From assembly GCA_050633305.1 (NCBI GenBank), contig JBOEGF010000018.1:256001-320000 (forward strand): 64,000 bases of DNA. The letters run 5' to 3'. A program made the position numbers and the translations under genes. The DNA is from Nannocystales bacterium. Its GTDB lineage: Bacteria > Myxococcota_A > Polyangia > Nannocystales > Nannocystaceae. This document shows, piece after piece, positions 50,366 through 60,633 of the stretch (its first letter is position 1; each line of letters begins with the position of its first letter). The notes under the pieces are model-generated. The model did no database searches and was not told the DNA's origin. It saw nothing but the letters and a program-made list of their open reading frames with translations.

Positions 50366-51751
50366 ATGGGGCGGAGTATGATGACGGGCGTGGGTGACCC
50401 GTCAGCCCGGCAGACCCCGAAGGGTACCCAGCGCATGCGGTGGGTGTTTGTCGGGATTTGTGCGGCGCTGAGCATGGTGCTCGCGGGCTCCGTGTTCTCG
50501 AACTTTCTGGGGGCGCGGCAGCTCGCCGACACCGTCGTGCGTGGGCAGTCCGCGATGCTGTTCCACCTGCTGCACCGGTACGCGCCGCCCGGCCCTCCAC
50601 CGCCCGATGATGCCTCGCTTCGCCGAGCTTTCGACGCAGGACAGGAACTCGGGCTGACCTATGCTGCGCTCGCCAGTCGACGGGGGCCCGTGGTCGAGAT
50701 TGGCGAGCCCACCCGGGCGCTGGTGCTCGGGGATGCTCCGGTGGGTGGGGAGTTTGAGCGGATCGATGGCGTCGTGCGGGCGTGGTCGCGACAACCTCCA
50801 GTTCCTCTTGCCTTCCCCGAAGGCAAGAGGCCTCCGCCGCCACACGAGCGACCCGGACCCGGCGGGGCTCGCCCACTCCATCCGCCGCCACAGGAGCTGG
50901 GCTCCGGACCCCCACCACCGCGGGAGGGAGGACGACGACCACCGGGGATTCACGAGCCCCGCTTTGTGATCGAGTTCGTTCCGACGCAAGCGCAGGCGAT
51001 GGCAGACCGCGCCCGGATCGACCTCATCGTGGGACTCGGGTCACTCGTCGTGTTGTGGGTTGGCGCGCTTGCGTTTTGGAAGCTGTCGCAGCGGGCGTCC
51101 GAGGCCGAGTCCGAGCTCACCCGGAAACAGCACCTCGCGGCGCTTGGGGAGATGTCGGCGGTGATCGCCCACGAGCTCCGAAACCCGCTTGCGTCGTTGA
51201 AGGGACATGCCCAGCTTCTGCACGAGCAAGCCGATGAGGCGAAGCTCCAGCGCAAGGCGAAGCGAGTTGTCGATGAGGCGGTTCGGTTGCAGGCGCTCAC
51301 CAACGGGCTGCTCGATTTTGTCCGCTCGGGGCGGGTGCAACCAGAGACGACGGTGGTCGGGGAGCTGGTGCGGGAAGCGGTCGCAGGCACGCTCGCCACC
51401 GTCGAGACCGAACTCGAGGCGGCCCCGAAAACTTGGAGCTTCGACCGGGCCCGAATGCGGCAGGTCCTCGTGAATCTGCTCGACAACGCACACCACGCTG
51501 CACCGGAGACGGCTGTGGAGCTGTCCGTGCGGGTCGATGCCGGTCAGCTGGTGATCGGAGTTCACGACTGGGGGACGGGCGTGCCGGAAGAAAAGCGCGC
51601 CCAGATCTTCGAGCCGTTTCATACCGGCCGGACCCAGGGGACCGGCTTGGGGCTGGCGGTCTGCCAACGCATTGTTCACGAGCACGGCGGTACGATTCTC
51701 TGTGGTGAGCACCCCGACGGGGGGGCTCTGTTCACCGTTACACTTCCGTAG
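50366..51751 (+). CDS. Sensor histidine kinase (ZraS/HydH-like) with Pro-rich periplasmic loop
   Basis: Two TM helices; H-box LGEMSAVIAHELRNPL; N-box QVLVNLLDNA; D.GTG, FEPF, GTGLGL; start 50366, 50378 or 50435. Confidence 0.92.
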   Translation: MGRSMMTGVGDPSARQTPKGTQRMRWVFVGICAALSMVLAGSVFSNFLGARQLADTVVRGQSAMLFHLLHRYAPPGPPPPDDASLRRAFDAGQELGLTYAALASRRGPVVEIGEPTRALVLGDAPVGGEFERIDGVVRAWSRQPPVPLAFPEGKRPPPPHERPGPGGARPLHPPPQELGSGPPPPREGGRRPPGIHEPRFVIEFVPTQAQAMADRARIDLIVGLGSLVVLWVGALAFWKLSQRASEAESELTRKQHLAALGEMSAVIAHELRNPLASLKGHAQLLHEQADEAKLQRKAKRVVDEAVRLQALTNGLLDFVRSGRVQPETTVVGELVREAVAGTLATVETELEAAPKTWSFDRARMRQVLVNLLDNAHHAAPETAVELSVRVDAGQLVIGVHDWGTGVPEEKRAQIFEPFHTGRTQGTGLGLAVCQRIVHEHGGTILCGEHPDGGALFTVTLP

Positions 51752-51778
51752 AAGCACCGACACCTGCAGGACCAACCG

Positions 51779-53107
51779 ATGGCATCGATACTCGTTGTGG
51801 AAGATGAGGAGGGCGTTCGAGAATTTCTCGTCGAGTGCCTCCAGGATGACGATCACGACGTGCACAGCGCGGTAGACGGGCAGGACGGGCTGGATACGCT
51901 CCGCCGTCGAGGCTTCGATGTGGTGCTGACCGACCTGAAGATGCCGCGCGTCGACGGCATGGAGCTGCTGCGAACCGTCCGAGCCGAACAGCCCGAGGTG
52001 GAAGTGGTCATGTTGACTGCCCACGGTGGGGTCGAGTCCGCGATCGAGGCGACGAAGCTCGGGGTGATGGAGTATCTGGAGAAGCCCGTGGATTCTCCGG
52101 CAGCCCTGCGGTTGGTGGTCCGCCGAGCGGCCGAGCGACGACAGCTACGGACTCGGGCTGAAGCAAGCCGAGGCGATGAGCCGCCGCCGCTGTCTTTCGG
52201 GGCCGCAGCGATGGCCCCGGTGATGCACGCGCTGGACAAGGTCGCCCCCACCGAGGCGACCGTGCTGTTGCTCGGGGAGAGCGGCACGGGCAAGGAGGTC
52301 GCCGCACGTCGGATTCACGGCAGCAGTCGCCGCTGCGACGGCCCGTTCTCCGCGGTCAACTGCGCGGCCTTGTCCGAGTCGCTGCTGGAATCGGAGCTGT
52401 TCGGTCACGAAAAAGGCGCGTTCACGGGGGCGGCCGCACGGCGCCGCGGTCGGCTCGAGCTTGCCGCCGGGGGGACGTTCTTTCTCGATGAGGTCGGGGA
52501 GCTGGCCCCCGCGATGCAAGCGAAGCTGCTGCGGGTTCTCCAGGAGCGAACATACGAACGTGTCGGCGGCATTCAGAGTCTGGCGGCAGACGTTCGCTGG
52601 GTCGCAGCCACCAATCGCGACCTCGACAAGATGGTCCGCGAAGGTTCGTTCCGTGAGGACCTCTTCCACCGACTCAGCGTGTTTCCGGTGAAGCTTCCTC
52701 CGCTACGCGAGCGGCTCGAGGACATCGTCCCGTTGGCGGAGTCGCTGTTGCTTCGCGCGACGCAGGGGCTGCGGCGCGCGCCGATGGTGTTGCAGCCGTC
52801 TGCGTACTCCGGCCTCAAGGCTCACCATTGGCCGGGCAACGTTCGGGAACTCGCAAACACGCTCGAGCGTGCGGCGATCTTGGCCGACGGGGATACGCTC
52901 GGCGCGGAGCTGCTTTCCCTCGCGATGGACGGGCGTGCATCCAGCCCGGAGATCCGCAGCGTCCCGCGGACGTTGGCTGAGATCGAAGCCGAGGCGATTC
53001 GCACCGCCCTGGCACGCTACGATGGGAACCGGCGACAGGCAGCCGAGGAACTCGCGATCGGAGAGCGTACGCTCTACGACAAGATCAAGCGGCTTGGGCT
53101 CCGCTAG
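51779..53107 (+). CDS. Sigma54-dependent response regulator (NtrC/ZraR family)
   Basis: REC domain (VVEDE, DLKMP); [29 protein letters not shown]; Fis-type HTH. Confidence 0.96.
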   Translation: MASILVVEDEEGVREFLVECLQDDDHDVHSAVDGQDGLDTLRRRGFDVVLTDLKMPRVDGMELLRTVRAEQPEVEVVMLTAHGGVESAIEATKLGVMEYLEKPVDSPAALRLVVRRAAERRQLRTRAEASRGDEPPPLSFGAAAMAPVMHALDKVAPTEATVLLLGESGTGKEVAARRIHGSSRRCDGPFSAVNCAALSESLLESELFGHEKGAFTGAAARRRGRLELAAGGTFFLDEVGELAPAMQAKLLRVLQERTYERVGGIQSLAADVRWVAATNRDLDKMVREGSFREDLFHRLSVFPVKLPPLRERLEDIVPLAESLLLRATQGLRRAPMVLQPSAYSGLKAHHWPGNVRELANTLERAAILADGDTLGAELLSLAMDGRASSPEIRSVPRTLAEIEAEAIRTALARYDGNRRQAAEELAIGERTLYDKIKRLGLR

Positions 53108-53151
53108 GTCGCTCGTCCCGCGGCGCGATGGATCCCCGCTATGCTACGGCG

Positions 53152-54123
53152 ATGACCCGCGCGTGGATGGTTCTGGGATTGATCGCTGCTGGGTGTTCGA
53201 CGGACGGCCCCGAATCATCCTCGAACGTCGTGGATCCTGCGACGGAGTCCAGCGACGACACGACGGGGGACGCCCAGACATCGATGAGCACGAGCGGTTC
53301 GTCCATGTCCTCCGACGAGGCCTCCTCGGCCGATGGCAGCACGTCCGAAGACGGGGAGTCTTCGAGTTCCTCTTCGGAGGACCCCGGTCCGATAAACCTC
53401 ACTCCTGGGTGTGGAGAGCCGATGTCGACGGACGTCCTCGATGGCGTGATTCGTATTCGTGGCGAGGAGCGGACCTATCTGATCGAGGTGCCGCGCGGGT
53501 ACGACCCCGACACGCCGTACCCGATCGTGTTCGGCTTTCATGGCGACGGTGGGGACAGCTCGAACGCGCGCAATGGGTACCGGTTGTCGGAGTTCTACGG
53601 AGGCCAGGCGATCGTCGTGTATCCGGACGGGTCGGGGGCGGGTGGGGCTCCGGCATGGGACACGGCAGCCGATGGCGCCGATGTGGAGATGGTCATGGCG
53701 ATCGCGCAAGAGATCGGAGTCCAGATGTGCTTCGACCTCGATCGGGTGCACGCGTTCGGCTACTCGCGGGGCGCTGCGATGTCCCACGCGGTTGGGTGTT
53801 ATCGGGGGGACTTCTTCACGGGCATTGGCGCGTCCTCCGGGTTCGCGCCATCCACGGGGTTGTGCCAGGCTCCGATCGCAGTGTTCATGTCCCATGGCAC
53901 CGCGGACGACCGCATTCCGTTCAACTCCGGTGTCTCGGCTCGCGACGGATGGACCTCGTACAACGGCTGTTCCGAGGACACGGCACCACTGCGTCCAGCC
54001 GGGTGCGTGAGCTACGAGGGTTGTGAAGCTGGCGCCCCAGTGCAGTGGTGCACGTTCGAGGGCGGCCACACCTTCGACAGCGATTATGCTGAAGCCGCGG
54101 TCCGGATGTTCCAGAGCCTATGA
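53152..54123 (+). CDS. Alpha/beta-hydrolase lipoprotein (LpqC / PHB depolymerase / feruloyl esterase-like)
   Basis: Lipobox AAGC; YPIVFGFHG; GYSRG nucleophile; HGTADD; GGH. Confidence 0.85.
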   Translation: MTRAWMVLGLIAAGCSTDGPESSSNVVDPATESSDDTTGDAQTSMSTSGSSMSSDEASSADGSTSEDGESSSSSSEDPGPINLTPGCGEPMSTDVLDGVIRIRGEERTYLIEVPRGYDPDTPYPIVFGFHGDGGDSSNARNGYRLSEFYGGQAIVVYPDGSGAGGAPAWDTAADGADVEMVMAIAQEIGVQMCFDLDRVHAFGYSRGAAMSHAVGCYRGDFFTGIGASSGFAPSTGLCQAPIAVFMSHGTADDRIPFNSGVSARDGWTSYNGCSEDTAPLRPAGCVSYEGCEAGAPVQWCTFEGGHTFDSDYAEAAVRMFQSL

Positions 54124-55226
54124 CTCGTGGGCCGACAACGCCGAGAGTCAGGGGGTGGGCGACCGTGCTGCTGCTGAGCGCATGCACGACGCCGTCTCCC
54201 CCACTCGATCCGGTGGAGGCTCGGGCACCGTCGAAGGTGGACTCGGCGGCGCCGCCAAAGCTTCCACCGGGGTGGCTCAAGGGGCAGCTCCACCTTCACT
54301 CGGATGCCTCTGGCGACAGCGAGACGCCAGCGGCCGATGTCGTTCGTTGGTATCGGGACCACGCGTATGACTTCATCGTATTCACCGACCACAACCGCGT
54401 GACCGAAGCTCCGTCTCCGTCAGGCATGCTGGTTCTTCCCGGGGTCGAGCTGACACAGAATCTCGAGCGCTGCTCACCTCCACCACAGGCCGGTCATCAG
54501 TGCCTTCTCCACGTCAATGCGCTCGTGGTGGACCCGACGCAGGTGAAGCAAGCTGCGACGCTCGACGTCCCCCACTCCGACGAGCGTGTCGAAATCTTTG
54601 CCCATGGACTTCACCTTGCCGAGTCGCTTGGGGGGCTGGCGCAACTCAACCATCCAAACTTCCACTACGCGGCCAACGCCCAGCAGCTGTCCGCGCTCGT
54701 CGACCGCGGTTTGACGCTCTTCGAGGTCGCGAACGAAGCCTGGGACTCCAACAACGAGGGCGACTCGACCCACCCGTCGACGGAGGCGTTGTGGGATTCA
54801 GTCTTGAGCGGTGGCCGGCGCCTGTACGGCACTGCGACGGACGATGCGCACCACTACTACGACGCCGCTGCGCGTGACGAAGCGGGGGAGCCGGTGTTCA
54901 CGGGTGATGTCGGGTTTGTTGTGGTGCGGGCCGAACGAACACCGCACGCGATTCGTGATGCGCTTCGAGCGGGCGAGTTCTACGCGAGCACGGGCGTGTT
55001 CCTCGAGGATGTGTCGTTTGACGGGGGAGTGCTCGAAGTTCGGGGGACAGACTCGCTCTCTATCGCGTTCATCGCAGACGGCGGCGAACGGGTTCAGACG
55101 GTTCCCGGTCCCCACGCTCGCTACGACACCCGAGGCAAGGGGCACTCGTACATCCGCGCGGTGGTCACCGACCAGGACGGTCGCCGAGCATGGGTTCAGC
55201 CGGTGTTCCTGACAAACCCCGCGTGA
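54120..55226 (+). CDS. PHP-domain (CehA/McbA-like) metallohydrolase lipoprotein
   Basis: Lipobox LSAC; WLKGQLHLHS..SGD; FTDHN; LNHP; TDDAH; G.FYASTG; ATGA overlap with the esterase gene. Confidence 0.85.
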   Translation: MTRGPTTPRVRGWATVLLLSACTTPSPPLDPVEARAPSKVDSAAPPKLPPGWLKGQLHLHSDASGDSETPAADVVRWYRDHAYDFIVFTDHNRVTEAPSPSGMLVLPGVELTQNLERCSPPPQAGHQCLLHVNALVVDPTQVKQAATLDVPHSDERVEIFAHGLHLAESLGGLAQLNHPNFHYAANAQQLSALVDRGLTLFEVANEAWDSNNEGDSTHPSTEALWDSVLSGGRRLYGTATDDAHHYYDAAARDEAGEPVFTGDVGFVVVRAERTPHAIRDALRAGEFYASTGVFLEDVSFDGGVLEVRGTDSLSIAFIADGGERVQTVPGPHARYDTRGKGHSYIRAVVTDQDGRRAWVQPVFLTNPA

Positions 55227-55252
55227 GGCCCCTATGGATACCGTCGCGTCGG

Positions 55253-55268
55253 GAGTCCCGCCGGACTC
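55253..55268. terminator. Small hairpin between convergent genes
   Basis: GAGTCC-CGCC-GGACTC. Confidence 0.3.
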
Positions 55269-55274
55269 AGGACG

Positions 55275-56351
55275 CTAGCTCGAGCGCAGTGATGTCCCCG
55301 ACTCAGCGTCGAAGAGGTGAAATCGGGTGACGCGAAGGGGGACGACGTCGCCCGCCTGCGGGCCGCGGCTTCCCTCGAAGGCGGCGATGAACGGGGCCTC
55401 GCCTGCCGTCCCATGGACATGGATGTGAGAGCCGAGGGTCTCGACGAAACGGACCGAGACGTGGAGGTCCGCCTCGGCCTCCGAGCAGCGCTCCAGATCC
55501 TGGGCCCGAATCCCGACGTCCACCGCTCGTCCTTCGGTCAAGCCCTCGAACTCGGTCTCACCCTCGAGTGTGATGCACGAACGAGCGTCGTCGAACTGCA
55601 GGGATGCGCCCTGAATCGTCGCCGGGACCATGTTCATGGCGGGGGAGCCGAGGAACTCTGCAACGAACCGATTCTTGGGTCGCTCGTAGACTTCGAGCGG
55701 CGGTCCGGATTGCTGGACATGTCCGCCTTCGAGAACGAACAGGATGTCCGCCAACGTCATGGCCTCCACCTGATCGTGGGTCACGTAGACACTGGTGGCG
55801 TCGTGGGCGTCGTGCAGGCGGCGAATGTCGACCCGGACCTGGGTCCGCAGCGCCGGGTCGAGGTTGGAGAGCGGTTCATCGAACATGAACAACGCGGGGC
55901 GGCGGACGATGGCGCGCCCCATGGCGACACGTTGTCGCTGCCCCCCCGAGAGCTGCCGTGGGAATCGGCTCAGCAGGTGATCAATGTCGAGGGTCTTGGC
56001 GACCTCTCGCACCCGGGCCTCGATCGTCGCCGCGTCCGTCTTTCGAAGCTGGAGACCGAACGCCATGTTGTCTCGCACGGTCATGTGCGGGTACAGAGCG
56101 TACGACTGGAACACCATCGCGATGTCTCGGTCGCGGGGCGGAAGGGACGTGACATCTTGCTCGCCAAACAGGATACGTCCGGCGGTCACCTGCTCGAGTC
56201 CAGCGATGAGTCGAAGCAGCGTGGACTTTCCACAGCCTGACGGGCCAACCAGCACCGCGAACGCGCCTTGAGGGATCTCGGCGTCGATGCCGTGAAGGAC
56301 GGTCGTTTCGCCGAACTGCTTGGTGACCGACTGAACGTGGACGGCGGTCAT
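55275..56351 (-). CDS. malK: Sugar ABC transporter ATP-binding protein (MalK/UgpC family)
   Basis: GPSGCGKST; MVFQSYALYPHM; LSGGQRQRVAMGRA; FDEPLSNLD; VTHDQVEAMT; TOBE tail. Confidence 0.92.
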   Translation of the reverse strand: MTAVHVQSVTKQFGETTVLHGIDAEIPQGAFAVLVGPSGCGKSTLLRLIAGLEQVTAGRILFGEQDVTSLPPRDRDIAMVFQSYALYPHMTVRDNMAFGLQLRKTDAATIEARVREVAKTLDIDHLLSRFPRQLSGGQRQRVAMGRAIVRRPALFMFDEPLSNLDPALRTQVRVDIRRLHDAHDATSVYVTHDQVEAMTLADILFVLEGGHVQQSGPPLEVYERPKNRFVAEFLGSPAMNMVPATIQGASLQFDDARSCITLEGETEFEGLTEGRAVDVGIRAQDLERCSEAEADLHVSVRFVETLGSHIHVHGTAGEAPFIAAFEGSRGPQAGDVVPLRVTRFHLFDAESGTSLRSS

Positions 56352-56352
56352 C

Positions 56353-58218
56353 TCAAATCTCGGGCTTGTACTCGGCTGCCGGGATGTAAATGGCGCGCCC
56401 GATCGGCGGGACGGTGACCTCCAGCGTGCCGTCCCCGCTGACCACGACCCGTTCTCCGGTCAGCGCATCGACGAGCTCGGTCCCGGCCGGAGCGAGGACG
56501 GCCATCGCCTCATCGCCGTTGCGTGTGACGCTGTCGTGCCCCTGGTGGGTGTTGAAGACGACCAAGGCGTAGCTCCCCCCTGCATCCCCTCCGGCCCGTT
56601 CGAACGCGAGGATCCCGGCATCGGGCTCGTCACCGGTGTTGGGTGTCGAGTACGCGACCTGAAGGCCACCACGCCGCAAGGAGGGGTATGCACCTCGGAT
56701 CGCGATGAGCCGTTGCGTCCACAAGAAGGTCTCGCCAGCCGTGTCGAAGCCCGTGTCCCACATGCGCTCGCGGTTGGCAGGGTCGTTGCCCCCGCTGAGC
56801 TCTTGCTCCGTCCCGTAGTAGATGCACGGGATGCCCTGCGCGGTCATCAGGAAGGCGAGCGCGTTGTGCAGCAGGGCGCGCCGTTCCTCCTCGGGACGCT
56901 CCTGCAGCCAAAACAGGAAGCGGGCGACGTCGTGGTTGTCGAGGAAGTTGATCGGCACCTCGGAGGGAATGAGGCCGGTGCCGTCGGCCATTGCTTCTGT
57001 GCCCCAGGTCGTGGAGCGCTGCTCCCAAAGGGAGCGGATCTGATCGGTGGGACCGGCGTCCTGAAAGACTCCGCGGACCGCCTGGAAGTGCTGCGAGAAG
57101 TAGAACGCGCTGTCGAGCTGGTCTCCGGTGATGGGTTGACCGTCGGGGACACACGACTGCTCGCGCTGCAGCGTCGTTTCGTCCGGGAGGTCCTTCTTGG
57201 TGAAGCTTCCGATCAGAGCATCATTGCCGTCAAAGATCTCACCGAACATGAGGAAGTTCGTCTTTCCCTGCGCGGCCAGCCGCGTACGGACACGTTGCGT
57301 GAAGTAGCGCCAGAACTCCCCCTCAACGTGTTTGATGGTGTCGATGCGAAAACCATCGGCGTTGGTCTTCTCGATCCAGCTCGCGTACACATCGACGAAG
57401 GTTTCCTTGACGTCGCAGCGCGTTGTGTCGATGTCCTTCAGCCCGCCGGGAAAGTCTCCGTGTAGGAGCTGGTCCGGGTCGTCGAAGTTCACCGTGCGGC
57501 CCTTGCGATTGTAGACCGCTGGGTCGCGGAAGATCGCTGGCTCGGGCGGGACGTGGTTCGTTGCGGGGTCGTACTGGAACACCACCGGGGCCGGGCCAGC
57601 CTCCCCCAGCGAGGTGAACGCTTGGATCCCGCGAGGATCGAAGTCGGGGTCGTACTCCGTGTAGTGGCGGAACTCTCCGGCGCCGTTGCTGCCCTGCAAC
57701 GTGATGTCGGGGACGCCGTTGAGGTTCATGTCGTAGTAGAAGGCTTGCCCAACGTGGTTGGTGACGATGTCGATCACCACCTTCATGTTTCGTTGGTGTG
57801 CGGCATCGACGAGGGAACGTAGGGCGACCAGGTCCCCGAAGTGGGGGTTGGTCGCCTCGAAGTCCTGCGTCCAGTACCCGTGGTAGCCGTCGAAGTTGGC
57901 GTCGGTATCGACGTTCTTCACAACGGGCGAGATCCACACGGTCGTGACGCCGAGCTCGTCGAGGTAGCCCAGTCGGTTCTCGAGACCCTTCCAGTCTCCG
58001 CCTTGGTATCGCGCGAGGTCGTCGCCGCGGACCCCTTGGTCGTTGCCGGGGTCGCCGTTGTCGAAGCGATCGATGAGGACCTGGTAGATGACTTCGTTGC
58101 GCCAGTCATCGACTTCGGTGCTGAGTTCGATAGGGCCGTCCAGACCACCAAAGTCCATGCAGCCGCCGCCGAGGGTGACGGCGCCGAGCAGGGCGAGCGC
58201 AGATGCAATGCGATTCAT
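56353..58218 (-). CDS. GH13 alpha-amylase family lipoprotein
   Basis: Lipobox GGGC; IYQVLIDRF; YHGYW; DIVTNH; DGFRIDTIKH; GEIF; FLDNHD; GIPCIYYGTEQ. Confidence 0.93.
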   Translation of the reverse strand: MNRIASALALLGAVTLGGGCMDFGGLDGPIELSTEVDDWRNEVIYQVLIDRFDNGDPGNDQGVRGDDLARYQGGDWKGLENRLGYLDELGVTTVWISPVVKNVDTDANFDGYHGYWTQDFEATNPHFGDLVALRSLVDAAHQRNMKVVIDIVTNHVGQAFYYDMNLNGVPDITLQGSNGAGEFRHYTEYDPDFDPRGIQAFTSLGEAGPAPVVFQYDPATNHVPPEPAIFRDPAVYNRKGRTVNFDDPDQLLHGDFPGGLKDIDTTRCDVKETFVDVYASWIEKTNADGFRIDTIKHVEGEFWRYFTQRVRTRLAAQGKTNFLMFGEIFDGNDALIGSFTKKDLPDETTLQREQSCVPDGQPITGDQLDSAFYFSQHFQAVRGVFQDAGPTDQIRSLWEQRSTTWGTEAMADGTGLIPSEVPINFLDNHDVARFLFWLQERPEEERRALLHNALAFLMTAQGIPCIYYGTEQELSGGNDPANRERMWDTGFDTAGETFLWTQRLIAIRGAYPSLRRGGLQVAYSTPNTGDEPDAGILAFERAGGDAGGSYALVVFNTHQGHDSVTRNGDEAMAVLAPAGTELVDALTGERVVVSGDGTLEVTVPPIGRAIYIPAAEYKPEI

Positions 58219-58245
58219 CTTCTTGTTCCGTGGAGGAGTGGAGGC

Positions 58246-59886
58246 CTAGTCGCGGAAGTAGCTGGTGGAACCGAACCACCACTCGGCGTTGAGTCCGATA
58301 TAGTGATCGACGGGGCGCAAGCCGAACACGTCGTCGCGGGGGTAGAGCCGGCGAGCGCCTGCGTCGCGAATCGAGGCGAGGTAGACCAGCCTCAGGTGCG
58401 GGCGCTGATAGTTGCCGCGGCCGCCCGGGGAGAGGAATGGCATCACGCCGATGCGGCCCATCTGTCCGAACTGAGGTTGCGGGTCCTCTTCTTGGTTCAC
58501 CAGGATGCCGCGCCGTTGCGCTTGATACGAACCCTCCAAGGAGAGGCCGCCCCCACCTTTTCCGAACCAGTACGTGGGGCGCGCGATCACGATGCCTTCG
58601 CCGAGGTCGGCGGTATCGAGGCCTGGGCTGGCGTTACGGAACAACCGCCAGTAGCTGCCCAGCAGAATGCCGAAAGGACCCTTTTCGTAGTTGCCGCTGA
58701 CCGCGGCGAGGACCTCTCGTGCCCCTTTCGAGGTGCGGTCGGGGCCGAGCTGGGTCGGCGTTCCCCATTCGCCGTACGCGGCGAGGCCTCCGGCGTAGCG
58801 GAAGACGAGGTTCAGGTGGGTGGAGCGTTTCCCGGTGAACAGTCCGATCTGCGTTCCGACGAGGAACCCAGTGTCTAGCGGTAGGTCCTCGAACTGCCGG
58901 ACATCGGTCTCTTGTTGCGCCTCGGAGGTGTAGTGGACCTCGCCGTAGAGCACCGGCTTGACGCCGCCGGTTTTTCCGACGGGGAAGATGTTGCTGACGC
59001 GGGCGCTGCTGATGAACTTCTGGCGGTTGGTGATCGCGACTTGTGCCTCGCCGATACGGCCCAGGGGAAGCGGCCGCGCCGCGGTCTGATAGAAGAACGG
59101 ACTGTCGGGCTGATTGATCCCGGTGTGAAGCCGGATCGTGAGGTCGTCCAGGAACGTGTAGGAAAGCCCGCCGCCGACGGTGTTGAGGTTGTCGAGCGGC
59201 CAGAAGTCGAGCAGGTAGATGTCGTTGCCCCGGTACATCCGGGAGCCGATCCACACTCGAAGTCGGTCGCTTCCAAGGCCACTCTCCTCGACGTAGAGGT
59301 TGCGAATGCCGAGGTTCGCGTCGAAGTTCCCGGTCGTGTGGAACAAGGGAGAGCCCACCGCGAGTGTGCTGACGATCCGGGTATACGCGCCCGTCTTCTC
59401 CCAGTAGTCCTCGCGCCGCAGCTCGAGCTCCAGGTAGCTGGACTCGTCGAGCCGAGAACCTCGGGCAACGATGTCTCCGTCCCGGCCCGGTCGTCCCTTG
59501 GCATCCGTCCCCAGCGCGACGCGGCCGTAGGATCCAAAGTGGAAACCGTCGGCGAAGTTTGGCGGGGTGTTGTGAGCGGCATCCCCATCCGCGCCCGCGA
59601 GACTCGGAGCGGGGGGAGGCTCCTCCGCAGCGGGGGACGGGGTAACGGGGGGCGGCGGCGTTGGAGCCGGGGGGGCCGGATCCGCCTTGGGTTGGGAGGC
59701 CAGCATCTCGATCTTCTGCTCGAGTTCGTCGACGCGGCGCTGCAGCGCCTCGACCTCCGCGTTGTCGACCGTGGGCTGGGGTTCAGGCTGGGATGGCGGC
59801 TCGGGAGGATCCGTGGCGGGCTCGGCCGACGCGTTCACGGGAAGCAGCAGGGCGGCTAGGACGGCTAGGGGAGCAAGCCGTCGCAC
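58246..59886 (-). CDS. Carbohydrate porin (maltoporin/LamB-like) with N-terminal coiled coil
   Basis: Signal peptide; coiled coil EALQRRVDELEQKI; FHFGSYGR...RL..SYLELEL; WIGSRMYR..DIYLLDFW; C-terminal AEWWF; first gene of the amylase-malK operon; start uncertain (59886 or 59967). Confidence 0.8.
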   Translation of the reverse strand: MRRLAPLAVLAALLLPVNASAEPATDPPEPPSQPEPQPTVDNAEVEALQRRVDELEQKIEMLASQPKADPAPPAPTPPPPVTPSPAAEEPPPAPSLAGADGDAAHNTPPNFADGFHFGSYGRVALGTDAKGRPGRDGDIVARGSRLDESSYLELELRREDYWEKTGAYTRIVSTLAVGSPLFHTTGNFDANLGIRNLYVEESGLGSDRLRVWIGSRMYRGNDIYLLDFWPLDNLNTVGGGLSYTFLDDLTIRLHTGINQPDSPFFYQTAARPLPLGRIGEAQVAITNRQKFISSARVSNIFPVGKTGGVKPVLYGEVHYTSEAQQETDVRQFEDLPLDTGFLVGTQIGLFTGKRSTHLNLVFRYAGGLAAYGEWGTPTQLGPDRTSKGAREVLAAVSGNYEKGPFGILLGSYWRLFRNASPGLDTADLGEGIVIARPTYWFGKGGGGLSLEGSYQAQRRGILVNQEEDPQPQFGQMGRIGVMPFLSPGGRGNYQRPHLRLVYLASIRDAGARRLYPRDDVFGLRPVDHYIGLNAEWWFGSTSYFRD

Positions 59887-60066
59887 GATGGGAGGTCGGA
59901 GGCCAGACACGACGAATGGGACGGAGGATACCGAAACGGTCCGGGGTGCGGTGGGTCTCGCTGGCATAAACGAACGAATCCGCCGAGGCGGCGTCTACGG
60001 TGGCTCCGCAGGCGGCGTGCGCCATCTTGGCGGCGCGCACAGAGCAAGAAGGGGTAGGGTGCAGTC

Positions 60067-60564
60067 GTGCTGGATGGGAGTGATCCGGAACATGCGGTCC
60101 GTCGTCCCACCGCTCGTGTTCTCCTTGTGGACACGTCGGACCGTGTTTTGTTGATGGAAGGCACCACGGACTGGGCGCCGGGCGTTTGGTTCACGCCCGG
60201 GGGTGGGGTGGAGTCGGGAGAGTCCTTGGAGGCGGCGGGGATCCGGGAGCTTTGGGAAGAGACATCCTGGACCGCCACGGCGCTGGGACCGGCCGTGTGG
60301 TCACGCTCCCATGTTTGGCAGGGTCCCGGTGGGCGCTGGTACCGCTCGCTCGAGACGTTCTTCTGGCTCCGTGTCCCTCCTTTCGAGCCCCGATTTGCGC
60401 GGGTGAGCGCGCAAGAGGCTGCGACCCTGGGCCGGATGCGCTGGTGGAACCCGGAGGAACTGGCGACAGGCGAACACACGTTTGCCCCGCGTCGGTTGGC
60501 CGAACTCCTGGAACCCTTGAGGCGGGGGGTGTTCCCTGCGACGCCGTTGGACGTCGGGATCTAG
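60067..60564 (+). CDS. NUDIX hydrolase
   Basis: WFTPGGGVESGESLEAAGIRELWEET Nudix box. Confidence 0.9.
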   Translation: MLDGSDPEHAVRRPTARVLLVDTSDRVLLMEGTTDWAPGVWFTPGGGVESGESLEAAGIRELWEETSWTATALGPAVWSRSHVWQGPGGRWYRSLETFFWLRVPPFEPRFARVSAQEAATLGRMRWWNPEELATGEHTFAPRRLAELLEPLRRGVFPATPLDVGI

Positions 60565-60633
60565 GGTCGCGGAGGGTCGACGCGCGGGCTGTTGCTGTGG
60601 CGTCGCGCCCGGTAGGGTTGCGCCACCTGATTC

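Noticed and set aside
50181..50942. Long N-terminal extension of the peroxidase ORF
   Set aside because: Overlaps the sigma54 promoters and the kinase gene; the lipoprotein signal starts at 50180
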